In this document: in pieces, positions 1 to 10,655 of the stretch | How the letters are laid out: each line of letters opens with the position of its first letter | How positions within the stretch are numbered: the stretch's first letter is position 1 | Source of the DNA: an uncultured Candidatus Micrarchaeota archaeon | GTDB taxonomy: Archaea; Micrarchaeota; Micrarchaeia; Anstonellales; Bilamarchaeaceae | NCBI GenBank assembly: GCA_963714085.1 | Contig: OY970229.1 | Location: 896,001-960,000, forward strand | Direction: 5' to 3' | DNA: 64,000 nucleotides | Program-made: the position numbers and the translations under genes | Notes under the pieces: generated by a model | Told to the model about the DNA's origin: nothing | What the model saw: the letters and a program-made list of their open reading frames with translations, nothing else | Databases searched by the model: none

Positions 1-303
1 CAACCCCGCACCGGCTCCGACAAGGCAGCATTTCTCGAGCGTGGTCCAGCCTTCCTCCCCGTACTTCAACGAAAGGATGGCGATTATCGTCATTCCTATG
101 GCGTAGGAGATGGGGACCCAGGCCGTTTCCCTGGCTCCGGAAGCGTAATAGCTCGCCGCGATTGTCAGGCCGACCGCGGCCCATACTATCCAGGTCGCTT
201 TACTAGGCTTGGTGGTGCGATTCAGGGTCCCGATTATGTACGGGATGAAGGCGATGAAGCCGATCACGCCCGCGGCAAGGCCCACGGTAGAAGCGAACGT
301 CAT
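1..303 (-). CDS. Membrane protein, PQ-loop/SemiSWEET-like (runs off window edge; not in ORF track)
   Basis: ATG at 303 overlaps the gyrA stop (ATGA). Manual translation [45 protein letters not shown]... is hydrophobic and open to position 1. Confidence 0.7.
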   Translation of the reverse strand, partial: MTFASTVGLAAGVIGFIAFIPYIIGTLNRTTKPSKATWIVWAAVGLTIAASYYASGARETAWVPISYAIGMTIIAILSLKYGEEGWTTLEKCCLVGAGAGL

Positions 304-2723
304 GGCGCTGCCGCCTGCTCGGCCTTGGGCACCACCGCGAAGCTGGCCACCTTCTCGCCTTCCTCCTCCTGCAGGCGTATGATGCGCACGCCCTGGGTGT
401 TCCTGCCTATCACGGATATGCCCGTGACAGGGGAGCGGATGGTCTGGCCCTTGGAGCTCACCACTATGATCTCGTCGCTGTCCAGCACGCCCCTGACGCC
501 GACGACCGCGCCGTTCCTGCCCTCGGTCTTCATGTTTATGACTCCGGAGCCGCCGCGGCCCTGCAGCCTGTACTCGCTGGTCGCGGTCCTCTTGCCGTAG
601 CCGTTCTCTGTTATCGTCAGGATGCTCGGGTACTTCTTGCACGATGCCACTCCGACAACGGCGTCGTCCTTGTCCTTGAGCCTTATGCCTATGACACCCA
701 TGCCCGCCCTGCCTATCTCGCGCGCCTCGTTCTCGTCGAACCTGATCGCCTGTCCCTGCTTTGTAGCGATGACAAGCTCCTCCTTGCCGTCGGTCTTTAT
801 CACTTCGACCAGCTGGTCCGCATCACGCAGGGTGATGGCCATTATGCCGGTCTTCCTCGGATGGGAGAAGTTGTCCAGCGACGTGCGCTTGACAATGCCG
901 TTCTTCGTGACCATAACAAGGTATTCCTCGGGCTTGAACTCCGGGACCGGGATCCATGAACTCACCTTCTCCTCCTTGAGGTCCAGCAGGTTCACGAGCG
1001 ACTTGCCTGCCGCGTACCTTCCGGCCTCCGGTATCTGGTACGCCTTGAGCCAGAACACGCGCCCCTTGTCCGTGAAGAAGAGGATGTGATTATGGTTCCT
1101 GACGACGATGACGTCCTGCACGAAGTCCTGTTCCTTGGTCTCTGAGCCCACCACACCCTTGCCGCCGCGGTGCTGCGTGCGGTATTCGTCCAACCCGACG
1201 CGCTTCACGTAGCCCCGGCCGGATATCGTGACGACCACCTGGTCGTTGGGTATGAGCTCCTCTGCGGTTATCTCGCCTTCCACGTCGACTATGGCTGTGC
1301 GCCGTTCGTCCCCATATTTCGCCTTGACCTCCAGCAGCTCGTCCTTGATTATCTTGAGTATCTTGTTGACGTCCGCGAGCACGTCTTTGAGCCAGGCGAT
1401 GGTCTTCACCAGCTGCGCGTACTCGTCCTCTATCTTCTGCCTTTCGAGTGCTACCAAGCGGGATATCTTCATGTCCAGTATGGCGTTCGCCTGCTTCTCT
1501 GAAAGCGTGTAATTCCTCATCAAGCCAGCCCGCGCATCCGCGATGTCCTTGGTCTTTTTGAGGAACGTGACTATCTCGTCTATGCGCTCCAGAGCGATCC
1601 TTAGACCTTCGAGTATGTGCGCCCGCTCCTCCGCCTCTTTGAGCTCGAACACGCAGCGCCTGCGCACGACCTCCTTCCTGAACTCTATGAACTCGTTGAG
1701 TAGCGGGTAGAGCCCGAGCACCCGCGGCTGCTTGCCAACGAGCACCAGGTTTATGATGCCGAACGTGCCCTCCAGGGGCGTGTGCGCGTATATCTGGTTG
1801 AGCACCACCTCTCCGATGGCGCCCCTCTTGAGGTCTATGAGGACCTCGATGCCGTCCTTGTCCGAGCGGTCGTGCACCCCGGATATGCCCTCTATCTTCT
1901 TCACCTTGACGGCTTCGGCTATGGCCTCTATGATGGCGGTCTTCGTGACCTGGTAGGGGATCTCGGTTATCACTATCGCATTGCGTTTCGTGTCCACATG
2001 CGCCTTGCCCCTCACCCGGATTATGCCCCTGCCGGTCTTGTACGCTTGGAGAATCCCTGCGCGTCCGACGATTTCTCCTCCAGTGGGGAAATCCGGACCG
2101 CTCACTATCATCAGGAGTTTGTCCTCGTCCGCGCCGTCTATGACTGCAATCGCGCCATCCACTATCTCGGTGAGGTTATGGGGCGGGATGTTCGTGGCCA
2201 TGCCGACCGCGATACCCGAGGAGCCGTTCACGAGCAGGTTCGGTATCCTTGATGGCATCACCACCGGCTCCTTGAGCGTGCCATCGAAGTTGTCCGTCCA
2301 GTCTACGGTCTCCTTGTTTATGTCCGAGAGCACATCGTCAGCGATTTTGGCGAGACGCACCTCGGTGTAGCGCATGGCAGCCGGGCTATCCCCGTCGATG
2401 CTGCCCAAGTTGCCTTGACCGTCTACAAGCGGATAACGCAACGAGAACCACTGCGCCATGCGGACCAACGAATCATAAACTGCCAGGTCCCCGTGCGGGT
2501 GGTACTTACCTAGGATTTCACCGACAATACGCGCGCTTTTCTTGTGGGGCTTGTCATGGTGGTTCGCAAGCTCGCTCATGCCGAAGAGTATCCTTCTGTG
2601 TACGGGCTTGAGTCCGTCCCGTACGTCCGGAATTGCCCTCCCGACTATCACGCTCATGGCGTAATCGAGGTAGCTCTCGCGCATGTCGTCCTCGATCGTC
2701 CGCGGTAATATGGTTTCGGGCAT
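300..2723 (-). CDS. gyrA: DNA gyrase subunit A
   Basis: [21 protein letters not shown], catalytic AAMRYTE, GyrA-box QHRGGKG, C-terminal pinwheel repeats. Confidence 0.98.
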   Translation of the reverse strand: MPETILPRTIEDDMRESYLDYAMSVIVGRAIPDVRDGLKPVHRRILFGMSELANHHDKPHKKSARIVGEILGKYHPHGDLAVYDSLVRMAQWFSLRYPLVDGQGNLGSIDGDSPAAMRYTEVRLAKIADDVLSDINKETVDWTDNFDGTLKEPVVMPSRIPNLLVNGSSGIAVGMATNIPPHNLTEIVDGAIAVIDGADEDKLLMIVSGPDFPTGGEIVGRAGILQAYKTGRGIIRVRGKAHVDTKRNAIVITEIPYQVTKTAIIEAIAEAVKVKKIEGISGVHDRSDKDGIEVLIDLKRGAIGEVVLNQIYAHTPLEGTFGIINLVLVGKQPRVLGLYPLLNEFIEFRKEVVRRRCVFELKEAEERAHILEGLRIALERIDEIVTFLKKTKDIADARAGLMRNYTLSEKQANAILDMKISRLVALERQKIEDEYAQLVKTIAWLKDVLADVNKILKIIKDELLEVKAKYGDERRTAIVDVEGEITAEELIPNDQVVVTISGRGYVKRVGLDEYRTQHRGGKGVVGSETKEQDFVQDVIVVRNHNHILFFTDKGRVFWLKAYQIPEAGRYAAGKSLVNLLDLKEEKVSSWIPVPEFKPEEYLVMVTKNGIVKRTSLDNFSHPRKTGIMAITLRDADQLVEVIKTDGKEELVIATKQGQAIRFDENEAREIGRAGMGVIGIRLKDKDDAVVGVASCKKYPSILTITENGYGKRTATSEYRLQGRGGSGVINMKTEGRNGAVVGVRGVLDSDEIIVVSSKGQTIRSPVTGISVIGRNTQGVRIIRLQEEEGEKVASFAVVPKAEQAAAP

Positions 2724-2732
2724 GTGATCATC

Positions 2733-4622
2733 TCAGATGTCGAGGTTCTTCACCTGCTTGGCGTACTGCACGATGAACTCCTTCCTGGGCTCCACTTCCT
2801 CTCCCATGAGCACGGAGAAGAGCGCGTCCGCCTCCATGCCGTCCTCTATATTCACCCTCTTGAGCGTGCGCCTCTCCGGATCCATGGTGGTCTCCCAGAG
2901 CTGCTCAGGGTTCATCTCTCCCAAGCCCTTGTATCTTTGGATGTCGGACTTCTCCCCCACCTGCTTCAGCACTTCCTGGAGCTCCTGGTCCGAATAGGCG
3001 TAGCGGATGGCCTTGCCAGTTTTTATCCGGTAGAGCGGGGGCGTCGCGATGTAGAGGTATCCTTTTTCGATAAGCGGCTTGAAGTGTCTGTAGAACAGCG
3101 TTAGGATAAGGGTCCTGATATGGCTTCCGTCCACATCAGCATCGCTTGCGATTATTATCTTGTGGTACCTGCATTTGGCGAGGTCAAAATCGTCACCGAA
3201 TCCTGCGCCTACCGAAAGCACGATGGCCCTTATCTCCTCGGATGTCAGCACCTTGTGCAGCGGTGCCTTCTCGACATTCAGTATCTTCCCCTTCAGCGGG
3301 AGAATTGCCTGGTGTCGCCGATCCCTTGATTGTTTGCTTGAGCCCCCGGCCGAATCGCCTTCCACGAGGAAGATTTCGCTTTTCGCAGGGTCCTTCTCCT
3401 CGCAGTCGGCAAGCTTGCCCGGCAGTATGCTGGACTCGAACACGCTCTTGCGCCGGATGAGGTCCTTGGCCTTCTGAGCCGCCTCCCTCGCCTCCATAGA
3501 GCTCATTATCTTCTGCATGATTACCTTGGAGTCCGAGGGGTTCTCCTCCATGTAGGTCTTGAGCGAGTCGTAGGCAAGTGAATCCACTATGCCCTTGACC
3601 TCTGCGTTACCAAGCTTGGTCTTGGTCTGGCCCTCGAACTGGGGCTCCGGTATCTTGATGCTTATTATGGCGGTTAAACCCTCAAGCACGTCGTCTCCTG
3701 AGATATGCTTCTCCTCCTTCAGGCTCTTGTGGCCCTTCACGTAATCGTTCATCACCCTGGTCAGGGCGCTCTTGAAACCACTGACATGCGTTCCGCCCTC
3801 TATTGTCTTGATGTCGTTGACGAAGGAGTAGATGTTCTCGGAATAGCCGTCCGTGTACTGCATGCCCAGCTGGATCTCCACGTTGTCCGTGGTCTTCTCG
3901 ATATAGAACGGCGGGTGGAGCCTCGCCCTGGACTTGTTCAGGTATTCCACGAACTGCTTTATCCCGCCCTCGTAGTGGAATTCCTCCTGCTGGTCCGTCC
4001 TCTCGTCTTTTATCACTATCTTCAGGCCCGCGTTCAGGAACGCAAGCTCCATGATGCGCTCCCGCAGGTAGTTATAATCGAAATCCGCGACCTGGAAAAT
4101 CTTCGGGTCTGGCTTGAACCTCACCGTGGTCCCGGTCCTGTCCGTCTCCCCTATGGGCTTGACCTCGCACTGCGGTATCCCCTTAGCGTACTTCTGGATC
4201 CAGATCTTCCCGTCCCTGTGCACTTCGACGGTCATCTCTTCGCTCAGCGCGTTGACCACCGAGACACCCACGCCGTGGAGTCCTCCGGACACCTTGTAGG
4301 CCTTCTTCTCGAACTTGCCGCCTGCGTGGAGTATGGTCATCACGACCTCCAACGCCGACTTCCCGCTGGCGTGCTTCTCCACGGGCACGCCCCTGCCTTC
4401 GTCCATCACGGACACTGAGCCGTCGTTGTGTATGGTGACGTTGATGTTCTTCCCGTAGCCGGCAAGGTGCTCGTCGATAGAGTTATCTAGCACCTCGTAG
4501 ACCAGGTGGTGGAACCCCCGTTTGCCAGTGTCCCCGATGTACATGGCCGGCCTTTTCCGGACCGCTTCCAGGCCTTCCAGGATCTGTATGGATTCGGCTG
4601 TGTACCCGCTCTTATCTGCCAT
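2733..4622 (-). CDS. gyrB: DNA gyrase subunit B
   Basis: LEGLEAVRKRPAMYIG, GHKL motif GGLHGVG, TOPRIM EGDSAGG and DADVDG, RYKGLGEMNP. Confidence 0.98.
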   Translation of the reverse strand: MADKSGYTAESIQILEGLEAVRKRPAMYIGDTGKRGFHHLVYEVLDNSIDEHLAGYGKNINVTIHNDGSVSVMDEGRGVPVEKHASGKSALEVVMTILHAGGKFEKKAYKVSGGLHGVGVSVVNALSEEMTVEVHRDGKIWIQKYAKGIPQCEVKPIGETDRTGTTVRFKPDPKIFQVADFDYNYLRERIMELAFLNAGLKIVIKDERTDQQEEFHYEGGIKQFVEYLNKSRARLHPPFYIEKTTDNVEIQLGMQYTDGYSENIYSFVNDIKTIEGGTHVSGFKSALTRVMNDYVKGHKSLKEEKHISGDDVLEGLTAIISIKIPEPQFEGQTKTKLGNAEVKGIVDSLAYDSLKTYMEENPSDSKVIMQKIMSSMEAREAAQKAKDLIRRKSVFESSILPGKLADCEEKDPAKSEIFLVEGDSAGGSSKQSRDRRHQAILPLKGKILNVEKAPLHKVLTSEEIRAIVLSVGAGFGDDFDLAKCRYHKIIIASDADVDGSHIRTLILTLFYRHFKPLIEKGYLYIATPPLYRIKTGKAIRYAYSDQELQEVLKQVGEKSDIQRYKGLGEMNPEQLWETTMDPERRTLKRVNIEDGMEADALFSVLMGEEVEPRKEFIVQYAKQVKNLDI

Positions 4623-4814
4623 AAAATTACCATGGATTTTTTGTACTATTTCACGACGTAGAATCTGCGGCCATTTCCGTCGCGTTGGTATATCGCAGAC
4701 AGGCTTTAAATAGCTGCCGAAAAAGCCCTCTTTTGCGGACGCTAAAAGTAGCCAAAGATGTACGAATACGGTAACTTTTTAAACCTTCAGCGCGTAATCA
4801 TATTTGGTGATATA

Positions 4815-5303
4815 TTGCCTTCTCATAAAAATGATGGAAAAGACGGAGCGGGTCGCAAGTGCCAGATCACTCCAGTATCGAAACTTCTCGGTCGATATCC
4901 TTGGCGAATCGCAAGTAAATCGGATGAAAAGCCGCCCTTAGCCCCAGACCCGGCGCACAGAACTGTTCCTCCGGAAGAGTTGGCACAACGCCGGGAAGGG
5001 CAACTGCCGTCGCCCAGAGAACTGGTTCGTGAGTTGGCGCAACGCCGTTCAGCGTCTGGCTCTTCCGAAACTGGCCCCGTTCCCCGGGCGCCGTCTGTGT
5101 CGAGGTTCTTCGGAAATACAGTTCCTCCCTCGTTGGAATACAATCCGCAAACCGGAAAACCAAGGCATAAGGCGCCGTCTGTGTCGAGATTCTTCGGCAT
5201 GGGATCCCCATCTGTTCCTTATGGGAGTGGGATGCAGGTGGGCGATAACGACAGACGCCAGGAACCCCGCGCCCCGTCCACTGCGAAAGAGCCGGGCAAG
5301 TAA
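4815..5303 (+). CDS. Orphan low-complexity Pro/Ser/Arg-rich protein with internal repeats
   Basis: In-frame TTG at 4815 after SD GGTGA, with TTTTAAA upstream. ELAQRR x2 and APSVSRFFG x2. No recognisable family. Confidence 0.5.
   Translation: MPSHKNDGKDGAGRKCQITPVSKLLGRYPWRIASKSDEKPPLAPDPAHRTVPPEELAQRREGQLPSPRELVRELAQRRSASGSSETGPVPRAPSVSRFFGNTVPPSLEYNPQTGKPRHKAPSVSRFFGMGSPSVPYGSGMQVGDNDRRQEPRAPSTAKEPGK
5087..5197 (+). repeat. Two 27-bp direct repeats (1 mismatch), 84-bp period
   Basis: GGCGCCGTCTGTGTCGAG(G/A)TTCTTCGG at 5087-5113 and 5171-5197. Confidence 0.9.
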
Positions 5304-5402
5304 AATCTCTTCCAATCCGCTGATTTTTGGTTTTTCAATCAAGCAGCGCCAGCCATGCGAAATCCTTAAAATCCTCGTTGCCAATCTCCATTGGGTCATT
5401 CA

Positions 5403-6716
5403 ATGTACTCAAAGCAGATACTCTCATTATTGAAAAAGAAGGGGATAGACATCGGCGACGAGGTCAGGCTCGACTCCCCTAAAGGGACTTTCACAGGCCT
5501 TCTCATGCCCAGGCCGGAAGGCGCAGAGGACACCTTCGTGATAAAGCTGGGCAACGGCTACAACCTGGGCATAGATGCGAAAGGGGCCGAGCTCAGCCTG
5601 GTGAAGAAAACCCAGCCAGCCAAACCTCATGGAGCCGAGCCAAAGGACAGGGGCGAAATCGCCATAATCGGCTGCGGCGGGACGATCGCATCCAAGGTCG
5701 AATACCGGACCGGCGCGGTCTATCCGGCCATATCCCCGCGCGAGATGCGTAACGCGTTCCCGGACGTGGACTCCATCGCCACCATACACACGCGGCAGCT
5801 GTTCGAGCTCTTCTCCGATGACATGGCGGTTCCGCACTGGAGCATCCTGGCAAAGGCAATAGCCGAGGAGGTGAAAGACGGCGCCAAAGGGGTGGTCGTC
5901 ATGCACGGCACGGACACCATGTCCTACACATCCGCAGCGATCTCATTTATGCTCCAGGACCTTCCGGTCCCAGTGGTCATCACAGGTGCCCAGCGCAGCT
6001 CGGACAGGCCATCCTCAGACAACCGGCTCAACCTCCTGAACGCGGTCTTCGCAGCGAAGCAGGATGTCGGCGAGGTCGGCGTTTGCATGCACGCAGGCCC
6101 GTCTGACGACATATGTCACTTACACCGCGGCACCAAGGTGCGCAAGATGCACAGCTCCAGAAGGGACGCGTTCAGGTCCATAAACTCGCCGCCTATAGCA
6201 GAACTGGATTACCGCGCATCCAGCTTCAAGCCGCTAACGGAGTACAAGAAGCGCTCCGTTCCGGGTTCGCTCAAGCTCGACGCCAAGATGTCGGACAACG
6301 TGGCCCTTATCCAGGTCCATCCCAGCATAAAGCCCAAATTCATCTCTTCGCTCAGCTCCTATGACGGAGTAGTGCTCATGGCCACGGGGCTCGGGCATGT
6401 GCCGACCAACCCGACCAACGAGAAGCACGCGACCCCTATTTTCCCGGAGGTCCGCGGGCTCGTGGAATCCGGAATCCCGGTCGTGCTCGCGCCCCAGACC
6501 ATCTACGGCAGGCTGAACCTCAAGGTCTATACCAACGGCAGGCTGCTCCTGGACGCAGGCGTCATAGGGGACGGCATGGACTGGACCCCTGAATGCGCCT
6601 ATGTGAAGTTATCCTGGGTCCTGGGCCAGACCAAGGACATGAAGAAGGTCAGGCAGCTCATGGAGACGAACATGGCCGGCGAGTTCAGCAGCCGCAGCCC
6701 CCTGGAGGTGGACTAG
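5403..6716 (+). CDS. gatD: Glu-tRNA(Gln) amidotransferase subunit D
   Basis: KLGNGYNLG N-domain, GGTIAS, HGTDTM, GAQRSSDRPSSD, KMHSSRRDAF. ATG at 5403. Confidence 0.97.
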   Translation: MYSKQILSLLKKKGIDIGDEVRLDSPKGTFTGLLMPRPEGAEDTFVIKLGNGYNLGIDAKGAELSLVKKTQPAKPHGAEPKDRGEIAIIGCGGTIASKVEYRTGAVYPAISPREMRNAFPDVDSIATIHTRQLFELFSDDMAVPHWSILAKAIAEEVKDGAKGVVVMHGTDTMSYTSAAISFMLQDLPVPVVITGAQRSSDRPSSDNRLNLLNAVFAAKQDVGEVGVCMHAGPSDDICHLHRGTKVRKMHSSRRDAFRSINSPPIAELDYRASSFKPLTEYKKRSVPGSLKLDAKMSDNVALIQVHPSIKPKFISSLSSYDGVVLMATGLGHVPTNPTNEKHATPIFPEVRGLVESGIPVVLAPQTIYGRLNLKVYTNGRLLLDAGVIGDGMDWTPECAYVKLSWVLGQTKDMKKVRQLMETNMAGEFSSRSPLEVD

Positions 6717-8492
6717 ATGGTCAAGATGGGCCTGGAAATCCACCAGCGGCTCGCGTGCGGCAAGCTTTTCTGTTCCTGTCCCTCAGAGCTCGCGGAGCCC
6801 GAGGCGAAGCCAGACCTGGTCCTCAAGCGCAGGCTCCATCCCGTGCTGAGCGAGATGGGCGAGATAGACGAGGCGTCGAAAGCCGAGTTCGGCAAAGGCA
6901 GGACGTTCTCCTACCATGCTTTCAATAAGTCCAACTGCCTCGTGGAGATAGACGAGGAGCCGCCCCACGCGCTGAACCCCGAGGCGCTCGCGATAGCGCT
7001 GGAGCTGGCGCAGCACCTGAACATGAAGACCGTGGACGAGCTCCATATCATGCGCAAGATGGTGATAGACGGCTCCAACACGTCCGGGTTCCAGAGGACG
7101 GCGATAGCCGCGTTCGACGGGACGCTCGAGACCTCCAAAGGCTTGATCGGCATCCCCCTGCTCGCGGTGGAGGAGGAGAGCGCCGGGATAATGGGGACCG
7201 AAGGCAGCGAGGCCGCCTTCAGGCTCGACCGCCTGGGCATACCGCTCGTGGAGGTGAGCACCACGCCGGACATAAAAAGTCCGGAGCATTTGCTGGAAGT
7301 CGCCGAGAAGCTCGGCATGATCATGCGCGCGACCGGCAAGGTCGCCCGCGGCCTGGGCACCATAAGGCAGGACGTGAACATCTCCACAGAGCGTGGCGCG
7401 CGCGTGGAGATAAAAGGGGCGCAGGACCTGAAGATGCTGCCCCTGCTGGCGCAGAACGAGGTCAGGCGCCAGGACGCGCTTGTCGCCATCATGGACGAGC
7501 TGAAGACGCGTTTCGGCGCCAAGATCGTCCTCAACTGCAAGGCGGTGGACGTGACCGACGCGTTCGCCTCGACCAAATCACAGCTCGTATCCAAAGGGCT
7601 CGCTTCCGGGGCTTCGGTCCTCGGGGTCGTCCTTGAAAAACACGCCGGATTGATAGGCAGGGAGACACAGCCCAACAGGCGCTACGGCACCGAGCTCTCC
7701 GACTACGCGAAGTCCGCGGGCGTGAAGGGGATCATCCATTCGGACGAGGACATGGGGAAATATTCCATAAGCGCTGACGAACTGGCTGCACTGAAGCAGT
7801 CGCTCGGCATGAAGCAGGGCGACGCGTTCGTCCTGGTCGTCGCCCCTGCCGAACAGGCGAGGGCCGCGCTGGCAAGGGTGCTCGAGCGCGCCAGGATGGA
7901 CTTCATCCCTCCGGAGACCAGGAGGGCCAACCAGGACGGGACCACCAGCTACATGCGCCCGCTCCCGGGCAAGGCGAGGTTGTACCCGGAGACGGACGTG
8001 CCTCCGGTCAGGATAACCAAGGAGCTCCTCAGTTCCGTCTCGAAAGGCGAGGCGCTGGAGGACAAGAAGGCGCGGCTCCTGAAGCTTTTGGGCAACGCCG
8101 AGATGGCTGAGAGGATGCTGCGCTCGCGGAACCTCGCGCTTTTCGAGCGGCTGGTCAAGGACGGCGCGGAGCCTACGCTGGCCGCAAGCACGCTGGAGAG
8201 CACCCTTGTTTCATTGCGAAGGGAAGGCGTGGTGCTGGAGCCGGACAAGGCCCTGCCCGAGCTCTTCGCGCTCTACAACAAGGGCGCTTTCGTGAAGGCC
8301 GCGATCCCTGACATACTGAAAGATGTCGCCAAGGGCAGGCCGCTCTCCGATGCCGCGAAGGACTATTCGGTAATCAGCGGAAAGGAACTGGAGAAGATAG
8401 TCAAGGAACTCGGCTCTGACATGAAGGCGATAATGTCCAAGTACAGAACCAGGGTTGACCCTAAGGAACTGGATAAGCTAATCAAGAAGTAG
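6717..8492 (+). CDS. gatE: Glu-tRNA(Gln) amidotransferase subunit E
   Basis: GLEIHQRL, IDGSNTSGFQRT, LDRLGIPLVE, RGLGTIRQDVNIS, RPLPGKARLYPETD. Abuts gatD. Confidence 0.97.
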   Translation: MVKMGLEIHQRLACGKLFCSCPSELAEPEAKPDLVLKRRLHPVLSEMGEIDEASKAEFGKGRTFSYHAFNKSNCLVEIDEEPPHALNPEALAIALELAQHLNMKTVDELHIMRKMVIDGSNTSGFQRTAIAAFDGTLETSKGLIGIPLLAVEEESAGIMGTEGSEAAFRLDRLGIPLVEVSTTPDIKSPEHLLEVAEKLGMIMRATGKVARGLGTIRQDVNISTERGARVEIKGAQDLKMLPLLAQNEVRRQDALVAIMDELKTRFGAKIVLNCKAVDVTDAFASTKSQLVSKGLASGASVLGVVLEKHAGLIGRETQPNRRYGTELSDYAKSAGVKGIIHSDEDMGKYSISADELAALKQSLGMKQGDAFVLVVAPAEQARAALARVLERARMDFIPPETRRANQDGTTSYMRPLPGKARLYPETDVPPVRITKELLSSVSKGEALEDKKARLLKLLGNAEMAERMLRSRNLALFERLVKDGAEPTLAASTLESTLVSLRREGVVLEPDKALPELFALYNKGAFVKAAIPDILKDVAKGRPLSDAAKDYSVISGKELEKIVKELGSDMKAIMSKYRTRVDPKELDKLIKK

Positions 8493-8551
8493 CCTGTCGG
8501 AATAGGAAAATAAGGAATGAAAGAAAAAAAGATTGGCTGGTTTAATCATGC

Positions 8552-9013
8552 CTATGGGTTTGAGCACGATCCGACCATGTCCTTCGCTCCATTCTGGTGG
8601 AGGTCGCTAATCCCGCCCTGGTCATATACTATCACGACATTGGCGAAATCGAACGTGCCGCTGCACCCAGTGGTTGCCGTGGCTGTCACGGTCCCGACCT
8701 GGCCCACTGCGTACGTGGTTGCGTTCATAGCAGTGTTGAAAGCGTTGGCACCACCGCTGCTTGTTATGGACTTCAGCGTGACCTGCTGTCCAGCCTGGTT
8801 CTGGACCGTCATCGTAAGCGTAGTACCGCTGAACTTCCACGCGGTTATCGCAAACGGAGACACCCCTGCCCAATAATTCGCGCTCTGACTTGCGCTCACC
8901 CCGGTACTCAATGGCGACATGCCGCTGACCAGCGCCACAACGACGAGGGCAACGACTAGCACGACCGCCAGAATAACGAGATATTCTGTCGAAACCTGTC
9001 CTTTCCTAAACAT
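8552..9013 (-). CDS. Archaeal type IV pilin (class III signal peptide)
   Basis: MFRKG/QVSTEYLVILAVVL. Start corrected to 9013 (SD GGTGA, TATA near 9044-9051). Confidence 0.9.
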   Translation of the reverse strand: MFRKGQVSTEYLVILAVVLVVALVVVALVSGMSPLSTGVSASQSANYWAGVSPFAITAWKFSGTTLTMTVQNQAGQQVTLKSITSSGGANAFNTAMNATTYAVGQVGTVTATATTGCSGTFDFANVVIVYDQGGISDLHQNGAKDMVGSCSNP

Positions 9014-9138
9014 TACATCACCAAGGTTACTCCAACAAGTACATTTAAATATTTTTCCAGCAGGTCGCAAAACCCGATTGCCGTGAAAAAAGCAGAATCC
9101 GCAGGGCGCCAGATAGAAAAAGGGAATGCGCCCGGACT

Positions 9139-9594
9139 TCAACTGCACGCGCCGACTATGTCCTTGGCCCCGTCCTCATGGAGGTCCGGCAGCCCGCCCT
9201 GGTCGTAGACTATCACGACATTGGAGAAGTCGAACGCCCCGCTGCACGGGCTGGTAGTGGTTATCGTCACGGTCTGTGTCTGCCCTATGGATAATATAGT
9301 GGCGTTCAGGGTGGCGTTGAACGCGCTGCTACCGCCTGTGCTGGATATGGACTTCAGCGTGGCCATCTTGCCCCCCTCGTTCTGGAACGTCAGTTCAAGC
9401 GTAGTCCCGCTGAACCTCCACGCTGTCAAGGCTAATGGCGATGCTCCGGCCCAATAATCGGCGCTTTGGCTCTCGCTTATCCCGCTGCTCATGGGTGATA
9501 TGCCGCCGACCAGCGCCACGACCACGAGGGCGACAGCCAGCACTACCGCAAGAATAACCAGGTACTCTGTCGAAACCTGCCCTTTCCGGACCAT
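9139..9594 (-). CDS. Archaeal type IV pilin, paralog of the adjacent pilin
   Basis: MVRKG/QVSTEYLVILAVVL. Colinear similarity to 8552-9013; own SD and TATA. Confidence 0.9.
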   Translation of the reverse strand: MVRKGQVSTEYLVILAVVLAVALVVVALVGGISPMSSGISESQSADYWAGASPLALTAWRFSGTTLELTFQNEGGKMATLKSISSTGGSSAFNATLNATILSIGQTQTVTITTTSPCSGAFDFSNVVIVYDQGGLPDLHEDGAKDIVGACS

Positions 9595-9641
9595 CCTATC
9601 ACCAATCCTATTTAGGAGCGGACTATTTAAAAGTGTGACTT

Positions 9642-10655
9642 TCAGGAGAAAGATGAGAGCATCCCGCCTATCAGCACCCTGGACACCATGAACATGAGTA
9701 TGGACATGATGATGAACACCGGGGCGTATTTCACCCCGTCCAATGCTCTCCCGGACATTATCACGCCCGCCAGGCAGGACACCAGGATGCTGGTCATCAC
9801 GAGCGAGACGTAACCGAGGTTCGTCATGTCCGTGGTCGTGACCAGGATGTCGCCGCTGAACATGGGGATGGCGTGGGAGACCGAGATTCCGGCTGTCGCC
9901 GTCTGCGCCTTCACCTGCAGGAACATGGCCACGAACTGGCCGGACAGGGCGAGCAGGAATGGCATTATGATTATGATTATGAAACCGAGGAATATCGCGT
10001 AGGTGCGGGTCGAGATGACGAGTTCCGACTGCAGGTCGTGTATCCTCCTTATGTCCTCGGCAGAGGACACCAGCAGGGAGGCGAGCTTCCCGCCTGAGCG
10101 GACCCCCTTCTTGAACACGACTACTACCCTCCGGAGGATGGTGGAATCGAAGCGCTTGGAGAGCTCGTCGAGTGCGTCGTTGAGCGATGCGGTCGAGCTC
10201 AGGTTCGATGCCGCATGGGTGACCTCCACGGATAATTCGCCGAACTCAGGCCTGGCCGCCCTCGTGAACGCCACGAACGGAGTCATTCCTGCCCTTAGGT
10301 TGGACGCCACAAGCAGCAGGAAGTCAGGAAGAACGGACTCCATCTTACTCGCCCTGCCCCTTATGGAATAATACGTGCTCATTTCAAGGACGATCGCACA
10401 GGCGACCAGTCCCGCGAGGAAGATATCGAACAGCATGATGTAATCTGACATGCTCCAGGGGCCCGCCCTGTGGACCAGGACCGCATACGCCCCGGCAGTC
10501 ACCAGGCCGTAGAGCAGGTAGAGCAGCAGCCAGCCGCCCGCCACGTCTATCGGGTCCGCGTGCACTCCTGCCAGCATCTGCTCCTTCCTTATGTGGCTGA
10601 CGAGGCCTTTCGGAGCGATTGAAGCGATTCTTCTGTAAACGTGTGAGAAGTCCAT
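9642..10655 (-). CDS. Type IV pilus membrane platform protein (TadC/T2SS-F family)
   Basis: LPDFLLLVASNLRAGMTP, EFGELS, SGGKLA; multiple TM segments. Confidence 0.9.
   Translation of the reverse strand: MDFSHVYRRIASIAPKGLVSHIRKEQMLAGVHADPIDVAGGWLLLYLLYGLVTAGAYAVLVHRAGPWSMSDYIMLFDIFLAGLVACAIVLEMSTYYSIRGRASKMESVLPDFLLLVASNLRAGMTPFVAFTRAARPEFGELSVEVTHAASNLSSTASLNDALDELSKRFDSTILRRVVVVFKKGVRSGGKLASLLVSSAEDIRRIHDLQSELVISTRTYAIFLGFIIIIIMPFLLALSGQFVAMFLQVKAQTATAGISVSHAIPMFSGDILVTTTDMTNLGYVSLVMTSILVSCLAGVIMSGRALDGVKYAPVFIIMSILMFMVSRVLIGGMLSSFS

Noticed and set aside
5087..5197. 27-bp repeats as a mini-CRISPR array
   Set aside because: Only two copies, a 57-nt spacer, an in-frame period inside an ORF, and no cas genes.
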